A stretch of DNA of 64,000 nucleotides from Eubacteriales bacterium (lineage in GTDB: Bacteria > Bacillota > Clostridia > Oscillospirales > CAG-272): assembly GCA_045638685.1 (NCBI GenBank), contig JAZUBT010000007.1, forward strand, positions 130,551 to 194,550, given 5' to 3'. This document shows, piece after piece, positions 26,301-33,521 of this stretch. Each line of letters begins with the position of its first letter. The first letter of the stretch is position 1. Made by a program: the position numbers and the translations under genes. The notes under the pieces were generated by a model, which was given only the letters and a program-made list of their open reading frames with translations, had not been told where the DNA came from and searched no databases.

Positions 26301-28386
26301 AAAGAACCGCGTCATTACCGCCAATCTTTACGGGCTTCGTTATACTGTCTCTGTCGATACCGAAATAAGCACTCGTTGCGCCGGAGGCAGTATAAAGAAC
26401 CGTTCCGTCAGCAGAAGCTACAAAGAAATTCTCCGTTCCGGTGTGCACATAGTCAACGTAAGGAGCGTAGGGAGTAAACACAAGTCCGTCGCTCTCTTTG
26501 GTTGCGGAGCCGTTAAATCCAACGATATAGTTTTCACCGTCAGCCTCAAAGCTCTTCTTTTTAAAGGTTGAGTCTCCATTGTAGTAGCGGGTAATTCCGC
26601 TTACCTCGTGGAGTCCTTCGGGCTTGTTTTCGAATACGTCGATTCTGTCGGTGCCGTAGTCGTCGTAGGCGCTGGTTGTAATGTAAGAATATGATTTAAT
26701 AAGAAGATCCTGCTCCGAAAGGGCGTTAGTAGCAGCATCTACTCCTATGAAATCAATTCTCGACAGATGATAGTCGGTGGAGCTGTAGCCGTCTGATTTT
26801 CCCGTTATTGCGTCGGAAAAATTAATACCGAATGACATAGTGGCCTTAAGCTCATAATTAACCTTGCCGCCGCTGTCCTCGGTGCCTATGTAGAAAATTG
26901 CCGTCGGAAGCAGGGTGTTGGTTACAACGTCAACCTTTATGTAAGTATATGTATCGCTGTTAATTTTTCCAAGGGTAACCGTGCCGCCGGAGTAAACCTG
27001 AGCCTTAACCGTTCCGTCTCTAAGGAGCTGTACGTATATCTCGGCAGTACCTGCTTTACCTATAGTGCGTATGAGCTTGTAGTAGTCATAGTTCTTCGGA
27101 CCGGTAGAACCTGCCTTTACCGCTATACTTGCGGTAAAGTTAGTTCCCTTTTCAAAAAGCGTATCGCCGTTGTTTGCGATGGTAACCGATTTACCGGCGG
27201 TTTGTCCTGCGGGCTGGCGAACCTCTATCGCGTCTCCCTTGCCGTCGCCATCCTCGTCAACGAATCTAAGAGAAGGAGAATTGTCGCTCCAGAGTGAGTT
27301 GCTATCCCAAAAGCTTAATCCGTTCTTGTTGAGCATATAGGCGCGGAACTGAGAGCCTCCGTCGGCACCACGGTCGCTTGCATTCATAACAGCGCCTTTG
27401 GCAGCCGTAACGGTATTGGTAAAGGGCAGACGCGCACCGATAAGGAAGTTATCGAAATACATTCCCTTATGACCGGTTCTGTTGGTATTAATCTGGGTTT
27501 GATAAAGTCTTATTTCGTAAATCGGTATCGTCTTAACGGTATATACGTCGCGGTTCATTGTCGCCGCGTCGTTTGCGTCGTTCATCTCATTAACTTCATT
27601 CGAATTAAACAATGCAATTCCGTCGGGAGTAACGAGAACGTCGTTAAGATAAACGTAGTATTTATTCTTTAACCTGTCGGTTGCGACAGCTATTCTGGTA
27701 TATTCGTCCTCCGAAAGATATCCGAGTAGATTTTCGGGAGAATAGTTATCAGAGGTGTAAAGTCCTCCGACCGCGCTTAAATACACAACGGTTTTGGCTT
27801 TTGCGCTTCCTCCCGGTCTATATACAAAGGAGATCAGCGCGGCCTCGGAAACATTCTTTCCGCCCATCTTCATGTCCATACTTATAAAGAGGTCGTGAAC
27901 CGCATCTCCCTTTTGGTTAGAAAAGGTGTCGGAAAGACCGTGCATCAAATCTATGTAGTTATACTTGGAATTATCGTTTGTGTCGCTATAACCAAAATAA
28001 AGCGCCTTGTTTCCGTCCGACTCGGTTACAACGCTGTACGACTGTCTGAAATTAGAAAGCCTGATACAGTCCGTTCCGTTTGACGTAAAGTCCGCGTACA
28101 CACCGCTGGCGGCGGCACTGTCGGCAGCACCCTTCGGAAAGGTGTACGTCGTCGTACTGCCCTCGTCAAAGGTATTCCATTTTTCAAAGGAATGGAACAT
28201 TTTGAGGTCAAGGCCTTCTTTTTCGAACTCAGTCTGAATCTCGGTAAGAGTTCTTTCCTCGTACTGCGCCTGTGCATTTGAACCGGCAGAATACGGTCCG
28301 TCTAACGCAAAGAGCGAAAGAGGAAGGATTCCCACAACCATCAAAAACGTAAGCAGCATAGCAAGAATTCTGGTTTTTGCTTTCAT
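23323..28386 (-). CDS. 1687-aa secreted surface protein with cell-wall/glucan-binding-like repeats
   Basis: Signal peptide MKAKTRILAMLLTFLMVVGILPLSLFA. Aromatic-rich putative cell-wall-binding repeats (GWIDENNSG...GIYSVNGVWYKFDTDGKLIGK, YLYTDANGVSVQNGRF...). A Cys module ATCKTEGEEKSTCKKCGKEKT. No recognisable catalytic motif. Confidence 0.6.
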   Translation of the reverse strand: MKAKTRILAMLLTFLMVVGILPLSLFALDGPYSAGSNAQAQYEERTLTEIQTEFEKEGLDLKMFHSFEKWNTFDEGSTTTYTFPKGAADSAAASGVYADFTSNGTDCIRLSNFRQSYSVVTESDGNKALYFGYSDTNDNSKYNYIDLMHGLSDTFSNQKGDAVHDLFISMDMKMGGKNVSEAALISFVYRPGGSAKAKTVVYLSAVGGLYTSDNYSPENLLGYLSEDEYTRIAVATDRLKNKYYVYLNDVLVTPDGIALFNSNEVNEMNDANDAATMNRDVYTVKTIPIYEIRLYQTQINTNRTGHKGMYFDNFLIGARLPFTNTVTAAKGAVMNASDRGADGGSQFRAYMLNKNGLSFWDSNSLWSDNSPSLRFVDEDGDGKGDAIEVRQPAGQTAGKSVTIANNGDTLFEKGTNFTASIAVKAGSTGPKNYDYYKLIRTIGKAGTAEIYVQLLRDGTVKAQVYSGGTVTLGKINSDTYTYIKVDVVTNTLLPTAIFYIGTEDSGGKVNYELKATMSFGINFSDAITGKSDGYSSTDYHLSRIDFIGVDAATNALSEQDLLIKSYSYITTSAYDDYGTDRIDVFENKPEGLHEVSGITRYYNGDSTFKKKSFEADGENYIVGFNGSATKESDGLVFTPYAPYVDYVHTGTENFFVASADGTVLYTASGATSAYFGIDRDSITKPVKIGGNDAVLYTSFYDDADAGADTNSWSQIALPTEYQKDADVVLELDLMLDERLSEVQATEVQLFDIIGKINGDSGNKYFSLLRLDKEGWVYDYNNSTVKLFKLSKNEFTRLSVVIHTPKTGSSEKMTADVYANGVLVSTFTSGYDMTHIETIKYLSFKNADSSVFVKDIYMYLSAKPQQFYTMVGGEIALTSDQTLTAVKTSDIRQGFVSENGVMRYYDKGLPVAARNGFVTFADEGGKNYMANENGVVHTVSSDDASVSTDAEYTVSFNGVQDGSFGYGVLGNKANAQEIFAVTFNNLYFTQNDYEFIRLNIYLPETNKPTSAFKIYLGETQRFYKVTWLEENNYKFGDGTYFVDNAVLPEGAEVASAAEVAFTVENGRGGEIDVVYYDTDDVVGKSYGDTFYVRTANVTEAMSGSLAELSAGWNTLEIPVVDNGKYDIDWLGLISDTAANSSYITGVKVDSIKLLKVVRLVINAGVEDGISADGYYYKNGVAQVGWIDENNSGAEPDAGDYYATPNTAKLVTGIYSVNGVWYKFDTDGKLIGKTNGIERVLNGFNKLGDAIYSYKMFENGVIKSGLVEAGEKDGEKVYLYTDANGVSVQNGRFEDPNTGAVYSFDIDGYGKVICADANAHDYGEYVVTKLATCKTEGEEKSTCKKCGKEKTRKTELNPNIHETHVKGIATCCENGVKADGVTSVYGYSISLGKSVNVIFYLDVTGTEGEIEIGRRSAFIGETTVKTPITELEQVTVGEKTYRKVAISVAPNATDSVVKIRYVRADGHYGSSYEYKIEDYIKYVAGLSTPDEVFTEEVINLVKAFDEYTKNVNKLVYGEGNPTEIEDSELEAEIDGDKVLFPSDCDIRWEFIENNTQSTYIWLENTSENITFSFGEAMNIKVNFVPGTVPSEFKFYVNGEEVKAQLTENGLLAVEAEVNASELDKEITITAMHKSGFGISLKTSAVAVARNQWVSNNATDNESLMKKNLMRAIYKYNEAVEAFLASVEAE

Positions 28387-28811
28387 TTTTATTCTCCTTT
28401 TCGGGCGAAAATAATATATTTTTAAAGCACCAATGGTAAAAATACCTTCGGTGCTTATATTTTACTATTTTTTTATTATAAATTCAAGGGGTTAGTTAAA
28501 CAATTTACATACATTTATCTCTTTATTTACAAACACGCACAAATGACAATTTGCGCGTTATTTTTTTGTTTATTTTGACAAAGAGTTTTATAAAAAATCA
28601 CGTTTTAGGCCTTTTGGTTATCCTTTTCCGCCTTAATTTTTCTTAACCTTACGTTTTACGTATTTGCTCCGTCCACACGTTTAACAAACGCTGCTTTGCA
28701 AAACAAAGAGCTAAGCTTGTGTGTGCCGTGTTTTGGTACAGGCAACCACCGTAATCACTCCTTCCGCTAATCCCAAAACACATCTTCCGCCACACACCCG
28801 CCTCGACAACC

Positions 28812-28846
28812 AAAAAACCTCTGCCGTTTTTCGACAGAGGTTTTTA
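28812..28846 (-). terminator. terminator of efp
   Basis: cctctg (28818-28823) pairs with cagagg (28835-28840). A/T runs lie on both sides. Confidence 0.65.
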
Positions 28847-28915
28847 ATTAATTTTCACCGTTTAACTTAACCCAAAAGGGCTTTTCAGCTCACCCATAAA
28901 TGGGGAAAACAGAAT

Positions 28916-29482
28916 TTACGCTCTTTCGAGATACTCGCCGGTTCTGGTGTCAATCTTAAGGGTATCGCCGATGTTGATAAAGAGCGGAACCTTGATAGTA
29001 GCTCCCGTCTCAAGAGTTGCGGGCTTACTTGCTCCGGTTGCGGTATCTCCCTTGAATCCGGGCTCGGTATCGGTTACCAGAAGCTCAACGAAGGTCGGCG
29101 CTTCTACCGCGAATACGTTACCCTTGTAGGATATAACCTTACACATCATTTCTTCCTTTACAAACTTAAAGCCATCGTTAAGAACGTCGGAGTTAAGCGG
29201 AATCTGCTCGTAGCTTTCCATATCCATAAAGTAGTAAAGCTCGCCGTCAGTATAAAGATACTGCATATCCTTTCTTTCAACGAAAGCCGTCTCGAACTTA
29301 TCCGAGGGGTTAAAGGTTCTCTCAAGAACCGTTCCGTTTATAACGTCCTTACACTTGGTACGAACGAAAGCTGCTCCTTTACCAGGCTTTACGTGCTGAA
29401 ACTCTATAATCTGAAGAACCTTTCCGTCCATTTCAAAGGTTACGCCGTTTCTGAAATCTCCTGCTGTTATAGCTCCTGCCAT
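28916..29482 (-). CDS. efp: elongation factor P
   Basis: 188 aa: ...[30 protein letters not shown]... Confidence 0.95.
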   Translation of the reverse strand: MAGAITAGDFRNGVTFEMDGKVLQIIEFQHVKPGKGAAFVRTKCKDVINGTVLERTFNPSDKFETAFVERKDMQYLYTDGELYYFMDMESYEQIPLNSDVLNDGFKFVKEEMMCKVISYKGNVFAVEAPTFVELLVTDTEPGFKGDTATGASKPATLETGATIKVPLFINIGDTLKIDTRTGEYLERA

Positions 29483-29604
29483 TTTATATTCCTCCGAAAA
29501 ATTATTTCATTTTTTATATTTTACACTATTTTTTCAAATTTTGCAATACCTTTTTGAAAAATTCCGCTAATATTTTATTTTTTTAACATTTTCTCATTTT
29601 GCTC

Positions 29605-29633
29605 TTGAAAAATTTGAAAAGATATTGTATAAT
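29605..29633 (+). promoter_or_regulatory. promoter of glyQS (extended -10)
   Basis: TTGAAA (29605-29610), 17-nt spacer, TGtTATAAT (-10 at 29628-29633). Confidence 0.55.
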
Positions 29634-29732
29634 GTATAAGAATGGAATTTTAACCACGCCGCAGAGACAGACACTTTTTTGAAAACGAAGTGTTACACAT
29701 TTTACGCGGCGAAAGAAAGGATCGGTCAAAAA

Positions 29733-31130
29733 ATGAATAACAGCGAAAAAACAATGGACAAAATAGTAGCTCTTTGCAAAACAAGAGGCTTTGTTTTCCC
29801 CGGCTCTGAAATTTACGGAGGCCTTGCTAACAGCTGGGATTTCGGACCTCTCGGAGTAGAATATAAAAATAATGTAAAAAAAGCTTGGTGGAAAAAGTTT
29901 GTACAGGAATCAAAATATAACGTAGGACTTGACAGCGCGATAATTATGAACCCTGAGGTTTGGGTTGCTTCCGGACACGTCGGAGGATTTTCCGATCCTC
30001 TTATGGACTGTAAGGGCTGTAAGATGCGCCACCGCGCAGACAAGCTTATCGAGGACTACGCTTTCCAGAACAAGACCGATGACAACCCTGCGGGCTGGTC
30101 ATTTGAGAAAATGTCGGAATTCATCAAGGAAAAGGGTATCGCCTGTCCCGGCTGCGGCAAGACGGAGTTCACCGACATAAAAAAATTCAACCTTATGTTT
30201 AAAACCTTTATCGGTGTAACCGAGGACTCCTCGTCCGTAGCATATCTCCGTCCCGAGACCGCACAGGGTATTTTCGTAAACTTCCCTGCCGTTCAAAGAA
30301 CGACCAGAAAGAAGCTTCCCTTCGGCGTGTGCCAGATAGGAAAGAGCTTCCGTAACGAGATAACTCCCGGAAACTTCATTTTCCGTATCCGCGAGTTTGA
30401 GCAGATGGAGCTTGAATTCTTCTGTAAGCCCGGAACCGACCTTGAGTGGTTCGCTTACTGGAAGGACTACTGCAAGAACTTCCTTCTCTCCCTCGGCATG
30501 AAAGAGGAAAACCTTAAGCTCCGCGACCACGATCCGGACGAGCTTTCCTTCTATTCCAAGGCTACAACCGACTTTGAATATCTCTTCCCGTTTGGCTGGG
30601 GAGAGCTTTGGGGAATAGCCGACCGTACCGACTACGACCTTTCTCAGCACTCGGAGCACAGCGGAAAAGACCTCACCTATTTCGACCCCGAAACCAACGA
30701 GCATTATACGCCTTACGTTGTTGAGCCTTCTCTCGGCGCCGACCGTGTCGCTCTTGCGTTCCTTGTTGAAGCATACGACGAGGAGGTTATTGACGCCGAA
30801 AAGAACGACGTGAGAGTCGTTATGCATCTCCACCCCGCTCTTGCTCCGTTCAAGGCGGCGATTCTCCCGCTTTCCAAGAAGCTCTCCGAGCCTGCGGAAA
30901 AGATTTTCGATGACCTTTCAAAGCACTTCAACGTTGACTACGACGAGGCCGGTTCTATCGGTAAGCGTTACCGCCGTCAGGACGAAATTGGAACTCCGTT
31001 CTGCATAACCTACGACTTTGACTCCGAAACGGACGGCTGCGTAACCGTAAGAGACAGAGATTCGATGGAGCAGATAAGACTCCCAATCTCCGAGCTCAAA
31101 GACTATATTTCCGCAAAACTTGAGTTTTAA
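29733..31130 (+). CDS. glyQS: glycine--tRNA ligase (alpha2 GlyQS type)
   Basis: Class II aa[43 protein letters not shown] is the canonical N-terminus. The track ORF starts 54 nt upstream at 29679; ATG 29733 is preferred. Confidence 0.9.
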   Translation: MNNSEKTMDKIVALCKTRGFVFPGSEIYGGLANSWDFGPLGVEYKNNVKKAWWKKFVQESKYNVGLDSAIIMNPEVWVASGHVGGFSDPLMDCKGCKMRHRADKLIEDYAFQNKTDDNPAGWSFEKMSEFIKEKGIACPGCGKTEFTDIKKFNLMFKTFIGVTEDSSSVAYLRPETAQGIFVNFPAVQRTTRKKLPFGVCQIGKSFRNEITPGNFIFRIREFEQMELEFFCKPGTDLEWFAYWKDYCKNFLLSLGMKEENLKLRDHDPDELSFYSKATTDFEYLFPFGWGELWGIADRTDYDLSQHSEHSGKDLTYFDPETNEHYTPYVVEPSLGADRVALAFLVEAYDEEVIDAEKNDVRVVMHLHPALAPFKAAILPLSKKLSEPAEKIFDDLSKHFNVDYDEAGSIGKRYRRQDEIGTPFCITYDFDSETDGCVTVRDRDSMEQIRLPISELKDYISAKLEF

Positions 31131-31137
31131 TTAACAA

Positions 31138-31183
31138 AAACCGACAAAGTTTGACCAATTCCAAGCCTTGTCGGTTTTTTGTT
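31138..31183 (+). terminator. terminator of glyQS
   Basis: ccgacaag (31141-31148) pairs with cttgtcgg (31167-31174), followed by a T-run. Confidence 0.65.
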
Positions 31184-31269
31184 TCTTATAAATTATAGGA
31201 GTGTAACCAGCTTTTTAAATAACCTTTATCCCAAAACTCCCTACGAACAGCCCTAATGATACAAAAAAA

Positions 31270-31303
31270 CAACCCCCTTGAAAACGCTTGATTTTCAAGG
31301 GGA
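31270..31303 (-). terminator. terminator after tRNA-Ser
   Basis: The minus strand reads ccccttgaaaa...ttttcaagggg followed by a T-run. Confidence 0.7.
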
Positions 31304-31305
31304 TT

Positions 31306-31394
31306 TGGCGGAGGGTGTGGGATTCGAACCCACGTGGGGTTGCCCCCAAACGGTTTTCAAGACCGCCTCGTTATGACCACTTCGATAACCCTCC
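31306..31394 (-). tRNA. tRNA-Ser (anticodon TGA)
   Basis: Reverse complement is GGAGGGTTATCGAAGTGG...GGCGGTCTTGAAAACCGT... with a long variable arm (TGGGGGCAACCCCAC), T-loop GGTTCGAATCC and encoded CCA. Confidence 0.9.
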
Positions 31395-31524
31395 GTAAAT
31401 ATAACGCAACAGCGTGCATCATATTTACGGAGCCGGTAGAGAGGCGGTTCGGTGAGCTTTGCTCGTCGATTCCACTTCGCACACCCCACACCCTGCGTGA
31501 TGCATACTGTAACAGTTCTATACT

Positions 31525-31553
31525 AATATACCACACTTTTTTCTAAAAGTCAA
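31525..31553 (-). promoter_or_regulatory. putative promoter driving tRNA-Ser through a ~125-nt leader
   Basis: On the minus strand: TTGACT (31548-31553), 17-nt spacer, TATATT (31525-31530). Confidence 0.45.
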
Positions 31554-31603
31554 TATGAAATATCAAATTTTTGCTTTTTCTCAAAACTTTTTGCAAAAAG
31601 CTA

Positions 31604-31632
31604 TTGACAAAAGGATTTTTTTCTGCTATAAT
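31604..31632 (+). promoter_or_regulatory. promoter of tRNA-Thr
   Basis: TTGACA (31604-31609), 17-nt spacer, TATAAT (31627-31632). Confidence 0.55.
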
Positions 31633-31660
31633 TATATCCGTTGCAAACAAATTAACATTC

Positions 31661-31736
31661 GCTGCTATGGCTCAGCAGGTAGAGCACGTCCTTGGTAAGG
31701 ACGAGGTCACCGGTTCGAATCCGGTTAGCAGCTCCA
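31661..31736 (+). tRNA. tRNA-Thr (anticodon GGT)
   Basis: Acceptor gctgcta/tagcagc. Anticodon stem cgtcc/ggacg with loop TTGGTAA. T-loop GGTTCGAATCC. Encoded CCA. Confidence 0.9.
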
Positions 31737-31737
31737 T

Positions 31738-31769
31738 AAAACGACAAGCAAATGCTTGTCGTTTTTTTC
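31738..31769 (+). terminator. terminator after tRNA-Thr
   Basis: acgacaagc (31741-31749) pairs with gcttgtcgt (31754-31762), followed by T7. Confidence 0.75.
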
Positions 31770-31830
31770 ATTTTATAATTTAAGGCAATACCGCGTTCCG
31801 GTATTGCCTTTTTCCGTTTACACAACAATA

Positions 31831-31857
31831 AAAAAGAGGATTTGAAATCCTCTTTTT
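31831..31857. terminator. bidirectional terminator (serves trxA on the minus strand)
   Basis: aagaggat (31834-31841) pairs with atcctctt (31847-31854), flanked by an A-run and a T-run. Confidence 0.6.
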
Positions 31858-31924
31858 GCTTAATCAAAGCTGTTTTCGTTTATATTCCGAGCAATTATCG
31901 TGCTTAATGCGTTTTAGCCGGTTT

Positions 31925-32230
31925 TTAAAGCATATCAAGAATCGCTTCCTTCGGACGTGCGCCTACCGCTTGGTTTACTATTTTTCCGTCTTTTATAACG
32001 ACAAGCATGGGGATACTGAATACCCCGAACCGTTCGGCAAGAGCCGGCTCCTCGTCAACGTTTATCTTTCCAACCTTAATGTCGCTTCTCTCCTCTGCTA
32101 TCTCGTGAACGATGGGTCCAACCATACGGCAAGGGCCACACCAGTCCGCATAGAAATCAAGAAGCACCGCCTTATCTGAGCTGAGAACCTCGCTCTCGAA
32201 ATTTTTGTTTGAAATTTTAATTACTGCCAT
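31925..32230 (-). CDS. trxA: thioredoxin
   Basis: 101 aa with the WCGPC active site. Confidence 0.9.
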   Translation of the reverse strand: MAVIKISNKNFESEVLSSDKAVLLDFYADWCGPCRMVGPIVHEIAEERSDIKVGKINVDEEPALAERFGVFSIPMLVVIKDGKIVNQAVGARPKEAILDML

Positions 32231-32319
32231 TCTGATTACCTTCCTTTCTGTTAAACCTTACGTAGCAAAACGTTTTCTTATGTATATTATACCGTTTTTT
32301 GTTTTTCTTACACGGCAAA

Positions 32320-32517
32320 TCATTTTTCCTTATAATAAAGCATACAGTGGCAAAAGCCCTCAAAATCGGGATCACTCACCTGCTCACGGAACTCCTTACA
32401 CATACATTTTGTGTCCTCGCTTCTTATCCTTATGCAAGGGCAGTAACCGCCCGTCCGCCTTAGTCCCTCTTTTACCGCTTTTACCGTTTCCTCATCGGGG
32501 TTTAATCTGACTTTCAT
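32320..32517 (-). CDS. small ferredoxin-thioredoxin-reductase catalytic-subunit-like Cys-rich protein
   Basis: MKVRLNPDEETVKAVKEGLRRTGGYCPCIRIRSEDTKCMCKEFREQVSDPDFEGFCHCMLY carries a CPC...CxC...CHC pattern. The start is set at ATG 32517 (GGAGAA RBS) rather than the track start 32553. Confidence 0.55.
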   Translation of the reverse strand: MKVRLNPDEETVKAVKEGLRRTGGYCPCIRIRSEDTKCMCKEFREQVSDPDFEGFCHCMLYYKEK

Positions 32518-32741
32518 TTTTTCTCCATTCTGCCGCCGTAGGCAGCTGCACAAAAACAGTAGAATTTTCTTTGTTTGCCGAGCAAAGGTATTAAGCTTTT
32601 AGATAAACCGTTTCGTGAAGCTCTCTTTGTTATCATAGGTTGAGCTTTCGCGCTATCCCCTTTACTTTCTCCGATTACGCCACGCTTTCTCTCTTTGCGT
32701 TTACACTCTGACAAATTTATGAAAACACGGCATCTTTTATC

Positions 32742-32761
32742 AGGTTAGCAACTGCTAACTT
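32742..32761. promoter_or_regulatory. palindrome with DtxR/IdeR-box-like half-sites (candidate operator)
   Basis: AGGTTAGCAACTGCTAACTT. The 7-bp arms gttagca/tgctaac are perfect. The half-sites resemble AGGTTAG/CTAACCT of the DtxR/IdeR consensus but have a longer central spacer. Confidence 0.3.
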
Positions 32762-32887
32762 GTAATTATTATACACTATTCCACCTTATTTGTCAACACT
32801 TAATTTTCTTTTTTAAATATTTTGAACAAACATTCTAAATGTTTTTTGTTTATAATTAACATATTTCCTTAAAATCTCAAAATTTAC

Positions 32888-32916
32888 TTGAAAAAAAAAG
32901 GTGAACATGTTATAAT
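32888..32916 (+). promoter_or_regulatory. upstream extended -10 promoter in the trx/dtxR intergenic region
   Basis: TTGAAA (32888-32893), 17-nt spacer, TGtTATAAT (-10 at 32911-32916). Confidence 0.4.
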
Positions 32917-33039
32917 ACTAATAAAGTAAATAAAATGCTTGTAATCACGCAGCTATCAGCTTTTAAGTGTACGCTGCTTTCTTTTCGCACCAAGTGGTTT
33001 TATTTTCACTCGCAAAAAGACTAAAAAAAATTCACCCTA

Positions 33040-33068
33040 TTTACAGATAACGCTGTATATGTTATAAT
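33040..33068 (+). promoter_or_regulatory. proximal promoter of the DtxR-family gene
   Basis: TTTACA (33040-33045), 17-nt spacer, TGtTATAAT (-10 at 33063-33068). The start codon lies about 22 nt downstream. Confidence 0.45.
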
Positions 33069-33089
33069 TATTACCGAAAGGATATTTTT

Positions 33090-33455
33090 ATGGCACTTCA
33101 TGAATCGGGCCAGATGTATCTGGAGGCAATATATGTTTTACTGCAAAAAAGCGACAAGGTTCGCGCCATCGACATAGGCGCTTATCTCGGCTACTCAAAG
33201 CCCTCTGTCAGCCGTGCGGTAGGCATACTTAAAAACGGGGGTTTTATATCCGTTGACACAGACGGTTACATCACTCTCAACGACTGCGGAATGGCTCTTG
33301 CCGAGCAGATGTACGACAGACACACCGTTCTGACGCGAGCCCTTGTCTCTCTCGGAGTTAGCGAAGATACAGCCGCAAAGGACGCGTGCAGAATCGAACA
33401 CGTGATAAGCGACGAATCGTTTGCCGCAATGAAAAAGCATTTTCACAAGGGATAA
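33090..33455 (+). CDS. DtxR/MntR-family metal-dependent transcriptional repressor (short form)
   Basis: 121 aa: ESGQMYLEAIYVLLQKSDKVRAIDIGAYLGYSKPSVSRAVGILKNGGFI (winged HTH), followed by a dimerisation helix region. Confidence 0.8.
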   Translation: MALHESGQMYLEAIYVLLQKSDKVRAIDIGAYLGYSKPSVSRAVGILKNGGFISVDTDGYITLNDCGMALAEQMYDRHTVLTRALVSLGVSEDTAAKDACRIEHVISDESFAAMKKHFHKG

Positions 33456-33521
33456 CGTTCCTTGTGTAAAATATAAATAAGTCATTTTTTAACTGCGTAA
33501 AAGCAGTGAAAGGAGATTAAA

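Noticed and set aside
29483-29732. Expected T-box leader upstream of glyQS
   Set aside because: The predicted promoter leaves only a ~95-nt leader with one simple hairpin. No T-box sequence (..GGTGGTACCGCG..-like), specifier loop or antiterminator architecture is visible.
31295-31546. ORFs 31295..31489(-) and 31334..31546(+); also 4521..4925(+), 4560..4796(-) and 31571..31783(+)
   Set aside because: They overlap tRNA genes, promoters and terminators and have no coding features.
32514-32714. 66-aa minus-strand ORF and possible riboswitch upstream of the FTR-like gene
   Set aside because: The ORF has no RBS and overlaps the better-supported start at 32517. I could not match the ~200-nt leader to any riboswitch consensus I know (SAM, c-di-GMP-I and T-box were checked by eye).
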